In this document: positions 8,245 through 15,279 of the stretch, one piece after another
Layout of the letters: every line of letters begins with the position of its first letter
Numbering within the stretch: the first letter of the stretch is position 1
DNA from: Ruficoccus sp. ZRK36
GTDB lineage: Bacteria; Verrucomicrobiota; Verrucomicrobiia; Opitutales; Cerasicoccaceae
Direction of reading: 5' to 3'
Length of the DNA stretch: 24,000 nt
Assembly: GCF_019603315.1 (NCBI RefSeq)
Contig: NZ_CP080649.1
Span: 1,970,176 to 1,994,175 of the forward strand
Made by a program: the position numbers and the translations under genes
The notes under the pieces: generated by a model
What the model saw: the letters and a program-made list of their open reading frames with translations, nothing else
What the model was told of the DNA's origin: nothing
Database searches by the model: none

Positions 8245-9054
8245 TCAATCGATCATTGCGGGACGAACGTCGTAATAGCTGGCGTTGGCGTCGCCGATAC
8301 GGATCTCGTCGAAGAAGACCTCTCCGTCTGCGCCGTTTCTGGACGGGTAGAGGCCGATTTTCAGGTACTCTTCAGGATCTCTGTTTGTGCCACTGCGGTC
8401 CAACACGCCGATGTTCGGGCCCGCATCGCGATAGACGAGCTCGTCGTTGATCCAGACTTCCCAAAAGCCGGTAGAGTCGGCCGCATAGCGGAAGTGGCAC
8501 ACCACATCATACCAGACGTGCTTTGTGAATCTGAGGGGCACCCTGATTTGCCCCCAATCAGCCCCGGTCCCATCGGGCGTTTTATGGATGATGGCGTCAT
8601 TGGTCGACACATGCAGATCGAGAAAGCCTCCGCTAAAGGCCTTTAGGGTAAAGCCGTTGGGGCCGGCGCCGACGCTCCAGTCCCTGTCGTGGGGGACTGA
8701 GTGGTGCTGGACGATAATACCACACTCACCGACATACTGCCTGACCTGGAAGCTGAAGCCGAGCCAGTACTCCTGCTCCCAATAGAAGCTCTCTGTGATG
8801 GGGACAAGCTCAGCGCGGCGGTCGCCATTAGCGCCGGTGGTCTTCATGTGGACGGCGTAGCTGCCACTGCGTACGGGGCTGGAAACGACCTCGATCAGCG
8901 AGGTTGGTCCTTCGGCACTGGTATTCCATTTCGTGGTGTAGTCTCCGGATTCGAAGCCGTCCTCGAAGAGGATTTCGGCATTCACCTGAGACATCGGGAT
9001 GCAGCAGCATGCGAGGAGGGCGATACATGAGATCGGGGTTTTGACTCTTGGCAT
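8245..9054 (-). CDS. Secreted concanavalin-A-like jelly-roll protein, polysaccharide-lyase-family-like, paralog 2
   Basis: 269-aa ORF, roughly three-quarters identical by eye to 7048..7848. Same signal peptide with the ALLACCC motif and the same RAEL / HHSVPHD / WYDVVCHFRYAADS / YLKIGLY / FDEIRIGD blocks. Confidence 0.6.
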   Translation of the reverse strand: MPRVKTPISCIALLACCCIPMSQVNAEILFEDGFESGDYTTKWNTSAEGPTSLIEVVSSPVRSGSYAVHMKTTGANGDRRAELVPITESFYWEQEYWLGFSFQVRQYVGECGIIVQHHSVPHDRDWSVGAGPNGFTLKAFSGGFLDLHVSTNDAIIHKTPDGTGADWGQIRVPLRFTKHVWYDVVCHFRYAADSTGFWEVWINDELVYRDAGPNIGVLDRSGTNRDPEEYLKIGLYPSRNGADGEVFFDEIRIGDANASYYDVRPAMID

Positions 9055-9141
9055 AACGATTTATACGTGGGGTTAACGAGATGGCAAAGCAACTGGCTGC
9101 GAAGGTACCTGGGCACATCCCGTGACGTGCCTTTTGCCTGG

Positions 9142-9276
9142 CAAAAGCCGAGCATCGCTGATCGTCGTCAGCGTTTTTCGCAGGGGCAGGGGGCAGGGGG
9201 TCTTTGTCGGCAGGAGGGGTCCTACGCAGCACATGCGGGCTAGTATTGCCCTTGTCGTACGCCTGTAAAGGGTGGC
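9142..9276 (-). other. Conserved upstream block, copy 2 (candidate micro-ORF MCCVGPLLPTKTPCPLPLRK... from ATG 9234, or a structured leader)
   Basis: Indel-free alignment to 7934-8068. The plus strand carries CAGGGG-CAGGGGG-CAGGGGG...GGGG (9181-9219). Confidence 0.3.
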
Positions 9277-9380
9277 GCTACTCGTACATGATTGTAACGC
9301 CTGCATCACCCATCAGGGGCGCGATTACGGGCTGCTGCCCCGTCCTGATAAACGATACGGGACCTGCCTTTAGCCGACCT

Positions 9381-9707
9381 TCAGCTCGCAGTCGTGCTCA
9401 TCTTAAGCCCGGCAATCCCGACGATGATCAGCAGGACGCAGACGACTTTGATGACATGGGCAGGCTCTCCTAAAAAGAGCATGCCGATCACCGTCGTACC
9501 CACGATGCCGATCCCGACCCATACCGCATAGGCGACGCCCATGGGGAGCGCGCGCATCGCGACACCGAGCAGGAATATGCTCAGGACCATGGCCAGTACC
9601 GTTCCGACGGTAGGCCACAGGCGGGAAAACCCTTCCGTGTATTTGAGACCAACGGCCCAGCCGATTTCCAGCAGGCCAGCGACAATCAGAATTAACCAAT
9701 GCATCAT
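9381..9707 (-). CDS. sugE: SMR-family guanidinium/quaternary-cation exporter SugE (Gdx)
   Basis: 108-aa, four-TM ORF closely matching E. coli SugE: LIVAGLLEIGWAVGLKYTEGFSRLWPTV..., GVAYAVWVGIGIVGT, GLKMST. Two adjacent ATGs (9707 and 9704) are both possible starts. Confidence 0.9.
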   Translation of the reverse strand: MMHWLILIVAGLLEIGWAVGLKYTEGFSRLWPTVGTVLAMVLSIFLLGVAMRALPMGVAYAVWVGIGIVGTTVIGMLFLGEPAHVIKVVCVLLIIVGIAGLKMSTTAS

Positions 9708-9720
9708 TCATGGGGATTGC

Positions 9721-9765
9721 TGGGGCCGTCCCCAATTTGAATGCTAAAAGCCGAGGTCGTCCTCG
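9721..9765 (-). promoter_or_regulatory. Guanidine-II (mini-ykkC) riboswitch
   Basis: The minus-strand sense reads CGAGG-ACGA-CCUCG (9765-9752), a 16-17 nt linker, then UGGGG-ACGG-CCCCA (9734-9721). These are two GC hairpins capped by ACGR tetraloops. The second ends 13 nt before the sugE ATG. Confidence 0.8.
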
Positions 9766-9869
9766 CTCCGATGGCTGCTACCTTCGCGGCCTTTATGGGA
9801 AATGGCAAGGCCCCCGAAGGGATTTTTCTGGGGTGTGCTGGGAGCCTTTCGGACCCGGCAGCTAGTTAC

Positions 9870-9894
9870 AAAAAAAGCCCTTCCGTAGAAGGGC
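9870..9894 (-). terminator. Rho-independent terminator after tRNA-Ser
   Basis: Stem GCCCTTC/GAAGGGC with a 4-nt loop, followed on the minus strand by a run of 7 T. Confidence 0.8.
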
Positions 9895-9900
9895 AAAAAG

Positions 9901-9991
9901 TGGCGGAGAGGGAGGGATTTGAACCCTCGGTACCCTTTTGGGGCACGCATCTTTAGCAAAGATGTGCATTCGGCCACTCTGCCACCTCTCC
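9901..9991 (-). tRNA. tRNA-Ser (anticodon GCU), class II with long variable arm, CCA encoded
   Basis: Reverse complement is GGAGAGGTGGCAGAGTGGCCGAATGCACATCTTTGCTAAAGATGCGTGCCCCAAAAGGGTACCGAGGGTTCAAATCCCTCCCTCTCCGCCA. Acceptor GGAGAGG/CCTCTCC, anticodon stem CATCT/AGATG with loop TTGCTAA, and T-arm GAGGG-TTCAAAT-CCCTC. Confidence 0.95.
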
Positions 9992-10077
9992 AGACCGTAA
10001 CTGACGTTGCGGCCAGTAAAGCGGGTAAACAACCGATCGATGGCGTTGCTGTCAATGCCTTTTCGTCGCTTTGCCGT

Positions 10078-10110
10078 CTTTGGACCGGTGAAGATATTTC
10101 CGGTCCAAAG
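10078..10110 (-). terminator. Strong hairpin about 30 nt downstream of hmuV (putative operon terminator, no U-tract)
   Basis: Perfect 11-bp stem CTTTGGACCGG/CCGGTCCAAAG with an 11-nt loop. There is no T-run on either strand, so intrinsic termination is uncertain. Confidence 0.4.
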
Positions 10111-10139
10111 GCCCCGGCCGGTTGCGCAGTCCAGGGCGG

Positions 10140-10925
10140 TTAGGCGCGGGGCAGCGTCTGCATAAAGGGGGCACCGTTTTTATCGGTATGGAGCACTGCC
10201 TGGACGTTAAACACATCCTCGACGCGTGCCTCGGTCAGGACTTCGGAGGTCGGTCCGTCCGCCGCTACAGCCCCGCCACTGATGAGCACGGTCTCGTCGG
10301 CATAGCTGAGGGCGAGGTTGATGTCGTGCAGGATGGCAAGCACCCCCACACCCTCGGCGGCCAGCTCACGGGCGATGCGCAAGGTGCCATGCTGGTGGGC
10401 GAGGTCGAGACCAGCCACGGGCTCATCCATCAGCAGATAGCGCGGGCACTGCTCCTGGGGCTCCCAGATCTGGGCCAGAACGCGTGCCAGATGGACGCGC
10501 TGGCGCTCGCCGCCCGAAAGTTCGAGGTAGTAGCGGTTTTCAAAATCCTGCAGATCGACGCGGCGCAGGGCCAGCTGGCAGATCTCGCGGTCCCGGAGAG
10601 TCTCGCCACGCTGGACGTGGGGCGTGCGGCCCATGAGCACGACGTCGCGGACGGTAAAGTTAAAGGCCAGCCGTGGCTCTTGAGGGAGGACGGCGCGCAC
10701 CTGGGCGAGGTCGCGCGTGTGCCAGTCGTGGAGGGCTTTATTTTCCAGTAAAATCTCGCCCTTGCTGGGGGTGAGCTCACCGGTGAGGATTTTCAAAAGC
10801 GTGGATTTACCGGCGCCATTGGTGCCGAGCAGGGCCACGAGCTTACCCGGCTGGAGGCTGAGCGATACGCCGTCGAGCACAGCGTGCTTACCGTAGGAAA
10901 AGGTCAGTTGGCGGGCTTCGAGCAT
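10140..10925 (-). CDS. hmuV: Hemin/iron-chelate ABC transporter ATP-binding protein
   Basis: The real start is MLEARQLTFSYG at 10925, 5 nt after the hmuU stop. Walker A GTNGAGKST, signature LSGGERQR, Walker B LLMDEPVAGLD and H-loop ILHD are present. The upstream 131 codons of track ORF 10140..11318 overlap hmuU and are Arg/Pro-rich junk. Confidence 0.9.
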   Translation of the reverse strand: MLEARQLTFSYGKHAVLDGVSLSLQPGKLVALLGTNGAGKSTLLKILTGELTPSKGEILLENKALHDWHTRDLAQVRAVLPQEPRLAFNFTVRDVVLMGRTPHVQRGETLRDREICQLALRRVDLQDFENRYYLELSGGERQRVHLARVLAQIWEPQEQCPRYLLMDEPVAGLDLAHQHGTLRIARELAAEGVGVLAILHDINLALSYADETVLISGGAVAADGPTSEVLTEARVEDVFNVQAVLHTDKNGAPFMQTLPRA

Positions 10926-10930
10926 CGGGA

Positions 10931-11989
10931 CTAGATAGAGAGCTTGCGTTTGGCGGACAGGAGCAGCCCGAGGAAGAACGGGCCACCGATCAGGGCGGTG
11001 AGGATGCCGATCTGCAGCTCGGCAGGGGCGACAAGTGTACGTGCGCCGAGGTCCGCTCCGACGAGGACGGCACCGCCGAGGATGGCCGATCCGGGCAGCA
11101 GCCAGCGGTGGTCGGGACCGAGGCTGATCCGGATCATATGCGGGACAACCAGCCCCACAAAGCCGATGACCCCGCAGGCGGCCACGGTGATGCCCACCAT
11201 TGCCGCGGTGACGAAGATCAGGCCCCGCTTGACGAGCTGGACGTTGACGCCGAGCTGGAAGGCCTCGGCCTCGCCGAGGAGAAAGGCGTTGAGGGCACGC
11301 CATTGGCTGAGGACCCACGCGCCCCCGGCCAGGGTCAGCCCCGCTACGAGCAGGGCGCTCTGCCAGTTCGCACCCGCCAGGCTGCCAAGAGTCCAGAATG
11401 TGATGGTGCGGATCTGGGTGTCGTCGGCGAAGCGCGTCACCACGTAGCCGATGAGGGCTCCAGAGATGGCGTTGATGGCGATGCCTGTCAGCAGCATGGT
11501 GGCGATATGGGTGCGGCCACCGATGCTGGAGAGTCGGTAAATGAGAAAGGTCACGCCAACGCCCCCGGCCATCGCGAAAATGGGCAGCATATACTGGACG
11601 AGGTGGGCAGAGGCTCCGGCGATGATGCCCCCAAACAAGATAGCCAGCACGCCGCCGGTTGCCGCCCCGCTGGAGACACCGATGATGCCAGGGTCGGCGA
11701 GGGGATTACGAAACAGGCCCTGCATGGCCGCTCCGGCGAGAGAAATGCCTGCCCCGACAGCCAGCCCGAGCACGATGCGCGGCAGGCGCAGGTCCCAGAC
11801 GACGGTATCTGTGAGCACGGCAGGCTGCTCTGAGGTGAGGCCGAGTCGGTAGGCCAGTACCTGGGCCGTCTCTCCGGAGGAAAACTCAACCGGGCCGGTG
11901 TTCAGGCTGTATAGACAGATCGCAATCGTGAACACCCCCATGAGGGCGAGCAGGACAATTTTAGCGGAATGGGAACGGGCGGGATTCAT
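10931..11989 (-). CDS. hmuU: FecCD-family heme/iron-chelate ABC permease
   Basis: 352-aa polytopic ORF with FecCD features (VVWDLRLPRIVLGLAVGAGISLAGAAMQGLFRNPLADPGIIGVSSGA ... GIIGFVGLVVPHMIR). Confidence 0.9.
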   Translation of the reverse strand: MNPARSHSAKIVLLALMGVFTIAICLYSLNTGPVEFSSGETAQVLAYRLGLTSEQPAVLTDTVVWDLRLPRIVLGLAVGAGISLAGAAMQGLFRNPLADPGIIGVSSGAATGGVLAILFGGIIAGASAHLVQYMLPIFAMAGGVGVTFLIYRLSSIGGRTHIATMLLTGIAINAISGALIGYVVTRFADDTQIRTITFWTLGSLAGANWQSALLVAGLTLAGGAWVLSQWRALNAFLLGEAEAFQLGVNVQLVKRGLIFVTAAMVGITVAACGVIGFVGLVVPHMIRISLGPDHRWLLPGSAILGGAVLVGADLGARTLVAPAELQIGILTALIGGPFFLGLLLSAKRKLSI

Positions 11990-12116
11990 CCTCGAAGGTG
12001 TGAACGTCAGGCGCGTTGGCTGGGTTCAAGCCAACCAGTAAAGGCGCTTCGTGGGCGGGGAACAAGCAAGGATTCCCCGCCGAAGCGGAAAACGGAAGGC
12101 GAGCCTGGCCAGGCAA

Positions 12117-13109
12117 TTAGCTGTCGGCTGGAGCCGGAGCGATCAGCTCGGACCAGGAGGAGGTAACCTCGCCGAGGCGGGGACCGAAGCTCAAGTCCTC
12201 CATCGGTACGGTCTCCACACGACCACTTTTGATGGCGGGAATCTGGCTGAGCTGCGGCATCCCGAGCAGGACCTTGGCGTCACCAGGGCCTGAGCCGTGC
12301 CCTACGCTCGTACCCAGCAGGATCACATCCGGGCGGGAGGCGATGAGGGCCTCCAGTGCGAAAGGCTGGTAGCCGTTGACGTCGGAGGCGGCATTGACGC
12401 CCCCGGCCAGCTTAATCAGCTCATCGGCGCGGGTTCCCTTACCAGCGACTTTACCGGCGCGGGTGGGGGTGGGCGACTGCATGAAAAAGACGATGCGCGG
12501 CTTTTGCGGCCACTGGGAGGACGCCATCTCGACGTCTGTCAGCTTCTCCTGGATGGAGGCGGTCAGCTCGGCAGCCTTCTCCTCTTCGCCGAGGGCCTGG
12601 CCGACGATTTCCAGCGAGGTGTAGAGGGCGTCGGGGCTGGTGGGGTCCGGGCACCAGACGACCGGTACGTTAACGCGCTTCAGTGCGGCCTTGGCGGCTG
12701 GCGGGCCGAGGGCCTCACTGGTCACGATGATGTCGGGGTTCAGCGAAAGGACGCCCTCGGGCGAAATTTGGCGAATGTAGCCGACCTTGGGCAGGCGGGT
12801 CGCCGCGGGAGGGTAGGTGCTGGAGAGGTCGACGGCGACGACTTCGTCACCCTTGCCCAGCGCGTAAACGATCTCCGTCGGTGCGCCACCGATGCTGATG
12901 ATGCGGGTGCTCTCGCTCTCCGGGGCCTTGGCGGTGTCCACTTGCGGGTGGTTTTTCGGCATCGGGCCGGTTTTACCGGTAATGGGGCAAACGGCGGGCG
13001 CGGCCGTTTCGTTTGCCTGAAGCATGGGCGTGATAAGCAGGGCCGCGAGGACGCCTGCGTATGCGAAGAAGGTCTGATTATGGTTTTTCACGGTTCCAGT
13101 ATTGACCAA
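12117..13109 (-). CDS. hmuT: Periplasmic hemin-binding protein (Peripla_BP_2 family)
   Basis: Core RIISIGGAPTEIVYALGKGDEVVAVD ... PDIIVTS ... RPDVILLG is typical of HmuT/class III substrate-binding proteins. Track start 13109 is TTG. An in-frame GTG at 13091 would give signal peptide MKNHNQTFFAYAGVLAALLITPMLQA. Confidence 0.8.
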   Translation of the reverse strand: MVNTGTVKNHNQTFFAYAGVLAALLITPMLQANETAAPAVCPITGKTGPMPKNHPQVDTAKAPESESTRIISIGGAPTEIVYALGKGDEVVAVDLSSTYPPAATRLPKVGYIRQISPEGVLSLNPDIIVTSEALGPPAAKAALKRVNVPVVWCPDPTSPDALYTSLEIVGQALGEEEKAAELTASIQEKLTDVEMASSQWPQKPRIVFFMQSPTPTRAGKVAGKGTRADELIKLAGGVNAASDVNGYQPFALEALIASRPDVILLGTSVGHGSGPGDAKVLLGMPQLSQIPAIKSGRVETVPMEDLSFGPRLGEVTSSWSELIAPAPADS

Positions 13110-13162
13110 AGAGCTAAAACGACGTGTATTTGTGACTCAATCTCAAACTTTATAAAAAAGAT

Positions 13163-14230
13163 ATGGTAAACGCAACGATCAAAGAAGCTACTTCTCCGCA
13201 GGAACTCAAAGCCCGCTGGGATGAACTCCTGAGCGCTAATCCCAAGCTGCGTATCCGCAATGCCGCCGATGAACTCGGCGTGAGCGAGGCCGAGCTGCTG
13301 GCCACACAGTGCGGGGGTACGGTGACCCGTCTGGCCGTCTCCGACTGGGAACCTTTTATGCAGGCCTGGAAGGGTCTGGGGCGGGTCATGGTGCTGACGC
13401 GTAATGAAAACTGCGTCCACGAAAAGACCGGTGAGTACGAGGAGATCCACCCGCTGGTACACGGTGGCAAGGTCGGCCTGACCACGGGCAAGGATATCGA
13501 CCTGCGCCTGTTCATGGGTGGCTGGAAGCACGCCTTTGCGGTGGAAGATCTTTCCATCCCCGGTGGCCACAGCCGCTCGCTTCAGATCTTTGACCCGACG
13601 GGTACCGCCATTCACAAGATCTACGTCAAGAGCGATCAGGGGATCGAGCCTTTCCAAAAGCTCGTCGAGCAGTTCCGCGCTGAAGATCAGGCACTTGGCT
13701 TTACCGCCGAGGCCGCCGAGCCGAAGCGCCCGGAAATGCCGGATGAGCAGATCGACAAGGACGCGCTCCTGAACGGCTGGAAGAACCTCAAGGACACACA
13801 TGACTTCTTCCCGCTGCTGATGAAGAACCGTGCTGGCCGCCAGCAGGCGCTGCGTTTGGCCGAGGGTGTCTTCACTCAGAAAGTGGACAATAGCTCCGCC
13901 CGTAAGGTGCTTGATCTGGCCAGTGAACAGGGGACATCGATCATGGTGTTTGTCGGCAATGACCACTGCATCCAGATTCACACCGGCCCGGTGAAGAAGG
14001 TGATGGAGTACCAGGATTGGTACAATGTCATGGACCCCGGCTTTAACCTGCACCTCAAGGAATCGGGGATCGATGCTTGCTGGATCGTGCGCAAGCCTAC
14101 TGCTGACGGAGACGTTACGTCACTGGAAGTTTTTGACAAGGATGGCGAGGTGATCGTGCAGTTCTTTGGCGAGCGTAAGCCCGGCAGCCCTGAGCTGGAG
14201 AGCTGGCGTGACCTGGTCAAGGCCATCTAA
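13163..14230 (+). CDS. hmuS: Heme-degrading/heme-trafficking protein, HemS/ChuS/HmuS family
   Basis: 355 aa, collinear with E. coli ChuS (for example IMVFVGNDHCIQIHTGPVKKV vs IMVFVGNRGCVQIFTGVVEKV, and VRKPTADGDVTSLEVFDKDG vs TRKPTSDGYVTSLELFAHDG). Divergent from hmuTUV. Confidence 0.9.
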   Translation: MVNATIKEATSPQELKARWDELLSANPKLRIRNAADELGVSEAELLATQCGGTVTRLAVSDWEPFMQAWKGLGRVMVLTRNENCVHEKTGEYEEIHPLVHGGKVGLTTGKDIDLRLFMGGWKHAFAVEDLSIPGGHSRSLQIFDPTGTAIHKIYVKSDQGIEPFQKLVEQFRAEDQALGFTAEAAEPKRPEMPDEQIDKDALLNGWKNLKDTHDFFPLLMKNRAGRQQALRLAEGVFTQKVDNSSARKVLDLASEQGTSIMVFVGNDHCIQIHTGPVKKVMEYQDWYNVMDPGFNLHLKESGIDACWIVRKPTADGDVTSLEVFDKDGEVIVQFFGERKPGSPELESWRDLVKAI

Positions 14231-14269
14231 GGCGTCCCGCCTTTGACTTTTTAAACTGGCAGTCATTGA

Positions 14270-14302
14270 GCCGTGGTTCCCGAAAGGGGCCACGGCTTTT
14301 TT
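14270..14302 (+). terminator. Rho-independent terminator of hmuS
   Basis: Stem GCCGTGG...CCACGGC (with inner CCC-GAAA-GGG) followed by TTTTTTG. Confidence 0.8.
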
Positions 14303-14444
14303 GTGGCTGCGAGGGTGTTGCCCGGTTGCGGTAGCCGGAGGTATTTAGTCCGTCTTTCTCCAGACACGTGAGTGTGTTTTTGCATCGGTGTATTCATGAG
14401 CGAATACGTAGCCGTTTTGTCCTGCTCGCATGTGGAAGTGTTTA

Positions 14445-14480
14445 CGCAAAGAAAAAGGCCGGTCGAATAAACGACCGGCC
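14445..14480 (-). terminator. Rho-independent terminator of the PEP-CTERM gene 14518..15210
   Basis: 9-bp stem GGCCGGTCG/CGACCGGCC. The minus strand continues with TTTTTCTTTG. Confidence 0.75.
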
Positions 14481-14517
14481 TTCTTGTTTCTTATGAGGGA
14501 TCTATGACTGTATGACT

Positions 14518-15210
14518 TTACTTCTGGGAAAGCTTACGGCGGCGCAGCAGAACCACGGTGAGGACACCAAGACCGGCCAGAGCGGCGTAGGTCGAGGGCT
14601 CGGGCACGGCGATGGCCGAGTAGGTGTCACCTTCGGTCAGGCTAATGCCCCAAAGGATCGCGTGTGCATTTGTCGTAAAGGTGATCGAGTAGTCGGTGAT
14701 CGTGCTCTCGATGCTGGAGAGATCCCACTGGTAGACGTCGATCGTGCTGCTGCCGGTCTGGCCGCCCCCATTGTAGGTATGGCTACCGGCGTAGTTACCG
14801 ATGTAGCTTGCAGCAAGCTCCTGGCTGCCGCCGTTGTAGCTCAGGGTGATCGTGTCCATGCCCTGGGCGTTCTCGAACTGCAGTACGAGGGTCGAGAGGT
14901 CAGTGATCGGTGAACCCGAGCTAATGGTGTAGGTCGATGCCGAGGCGTTATAGATATAGTCGGAGCTGCTGAAATAGCTACCGCCCGCAGTAATGTTCAG
15001 GTCGGCGTCGATGCCGGAGGCGGTGATCGGATCCGGCCAGGTGTCGCTACCAGGGTAGCTACTCGGGTATGTCGGATAGTTAGTCGGGTTCAGGTCCGTC
15101 CAGCTGCCTGTTTCGGTGTTCCCCGGGAGATTAAAGGCCATAAAATCGGCGTGTGAAACTGCCGGCGCTAGCAGGGCGGCGGTCAGAGCGATAAGTTTCG
15201 TAGTTTTCAT
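14518..15210 (-). CDS. Secreted Ser/Thr/Gly-rich protein of unknown function with PEP-CTERM anchor
   Basis: 230 aa with signal peptide MKTTKLIALTAALLAPAVSHA. C-terminus VPEPSTYAALAGLGVLTVVLLRRRKLSQK is a PEP-CTERM signal. Confidence 0.8.
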   Translation of the reverse strand: MKTTKLIALTAALLAPAVSHADFMAFNLPGNTETGSWTDLNPTNYPTYPSSYPGSDTWPDPITASGIDADLNITAGGSYFSSSDYIYNASASTYTISSGSPITDLSTLVLQFENAQGMDTITLSYNGGSQELAASYIGNYAGSHTYNGGGQTGSSTIDVYQWDLSSIESTITDYSITFTTNAHAILWGISLTEGDTYSAIAVPEPSTYAALAGLGVLTVVLLRRRKLSQK

Positions 15211-15279
15211 AGGTTAGTTATTGACTGTGGTAATGAGACTCGATAACAATAGACGCATAAAACTGAGACTGAGTTTCAA

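Larger units (their letters stand above)
6961..9276. repeat. Tandem duplication (period ~1204 bp) of a complete transcription unit: terminator, 3' UTR, CDS and ~220 nt of upstream region
   Basis: Unit 1 is 6961-8068 and unit 2 is 8165-9276. Homology is visible in the terminator hairpin, the 3' UTR (CGGGCGA..GCTG..ATCGCCG), the whole CDS, the start-proximal 47 nt and the distal 135-nt block. Confidence 0.85.

Noticed and set aside
9781-9869. GGUCCGA-containing stretch (sense CUAGCUGCCGGGUCCGAAAGGCUCCC) that resembles part of a guanidine-I (ykkC) riboswitch.
   Set aside because: Only the short GGUCCGA string matches. The other conserved ykkC blocks (ACACGG..GGGA, CCCGGGAGA) and the helices are absent. 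The guanidine-II hairpins further downstream explain the regulation.
9901-9991. tRNA-Ser as a possible integration site bounding a genomic island to its left.
   Set aside because: I found no integrase or transposase and no direct repeat of the tRNA 3' end anywhere in the window. The adjacent genes look like ordinary chromosomal loci.
10926-11318. N-terminal 131 codons of track ORF 10140..11318, which would make HmuV 392 aa.
   Set aside because: The extension overlaps the hmuU coding region in another frame and is Arg/Pro-rich. The ABC domain begins at MLEARQL (10925), 5 nt after the hmuU stop.
13092-13162. Possible Fur box in the hmuT/hmuS divergent promoter region (ATTTGTGACTCAATCTCAAAC).
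   Set aside because: It is only a weak imperfect inverted repeat (TTTGTGA / TCTCAAA) and does not resemble the GATAATGATAATCATTATC consensus. Iron regulation is likely, but this sequence does not show it.
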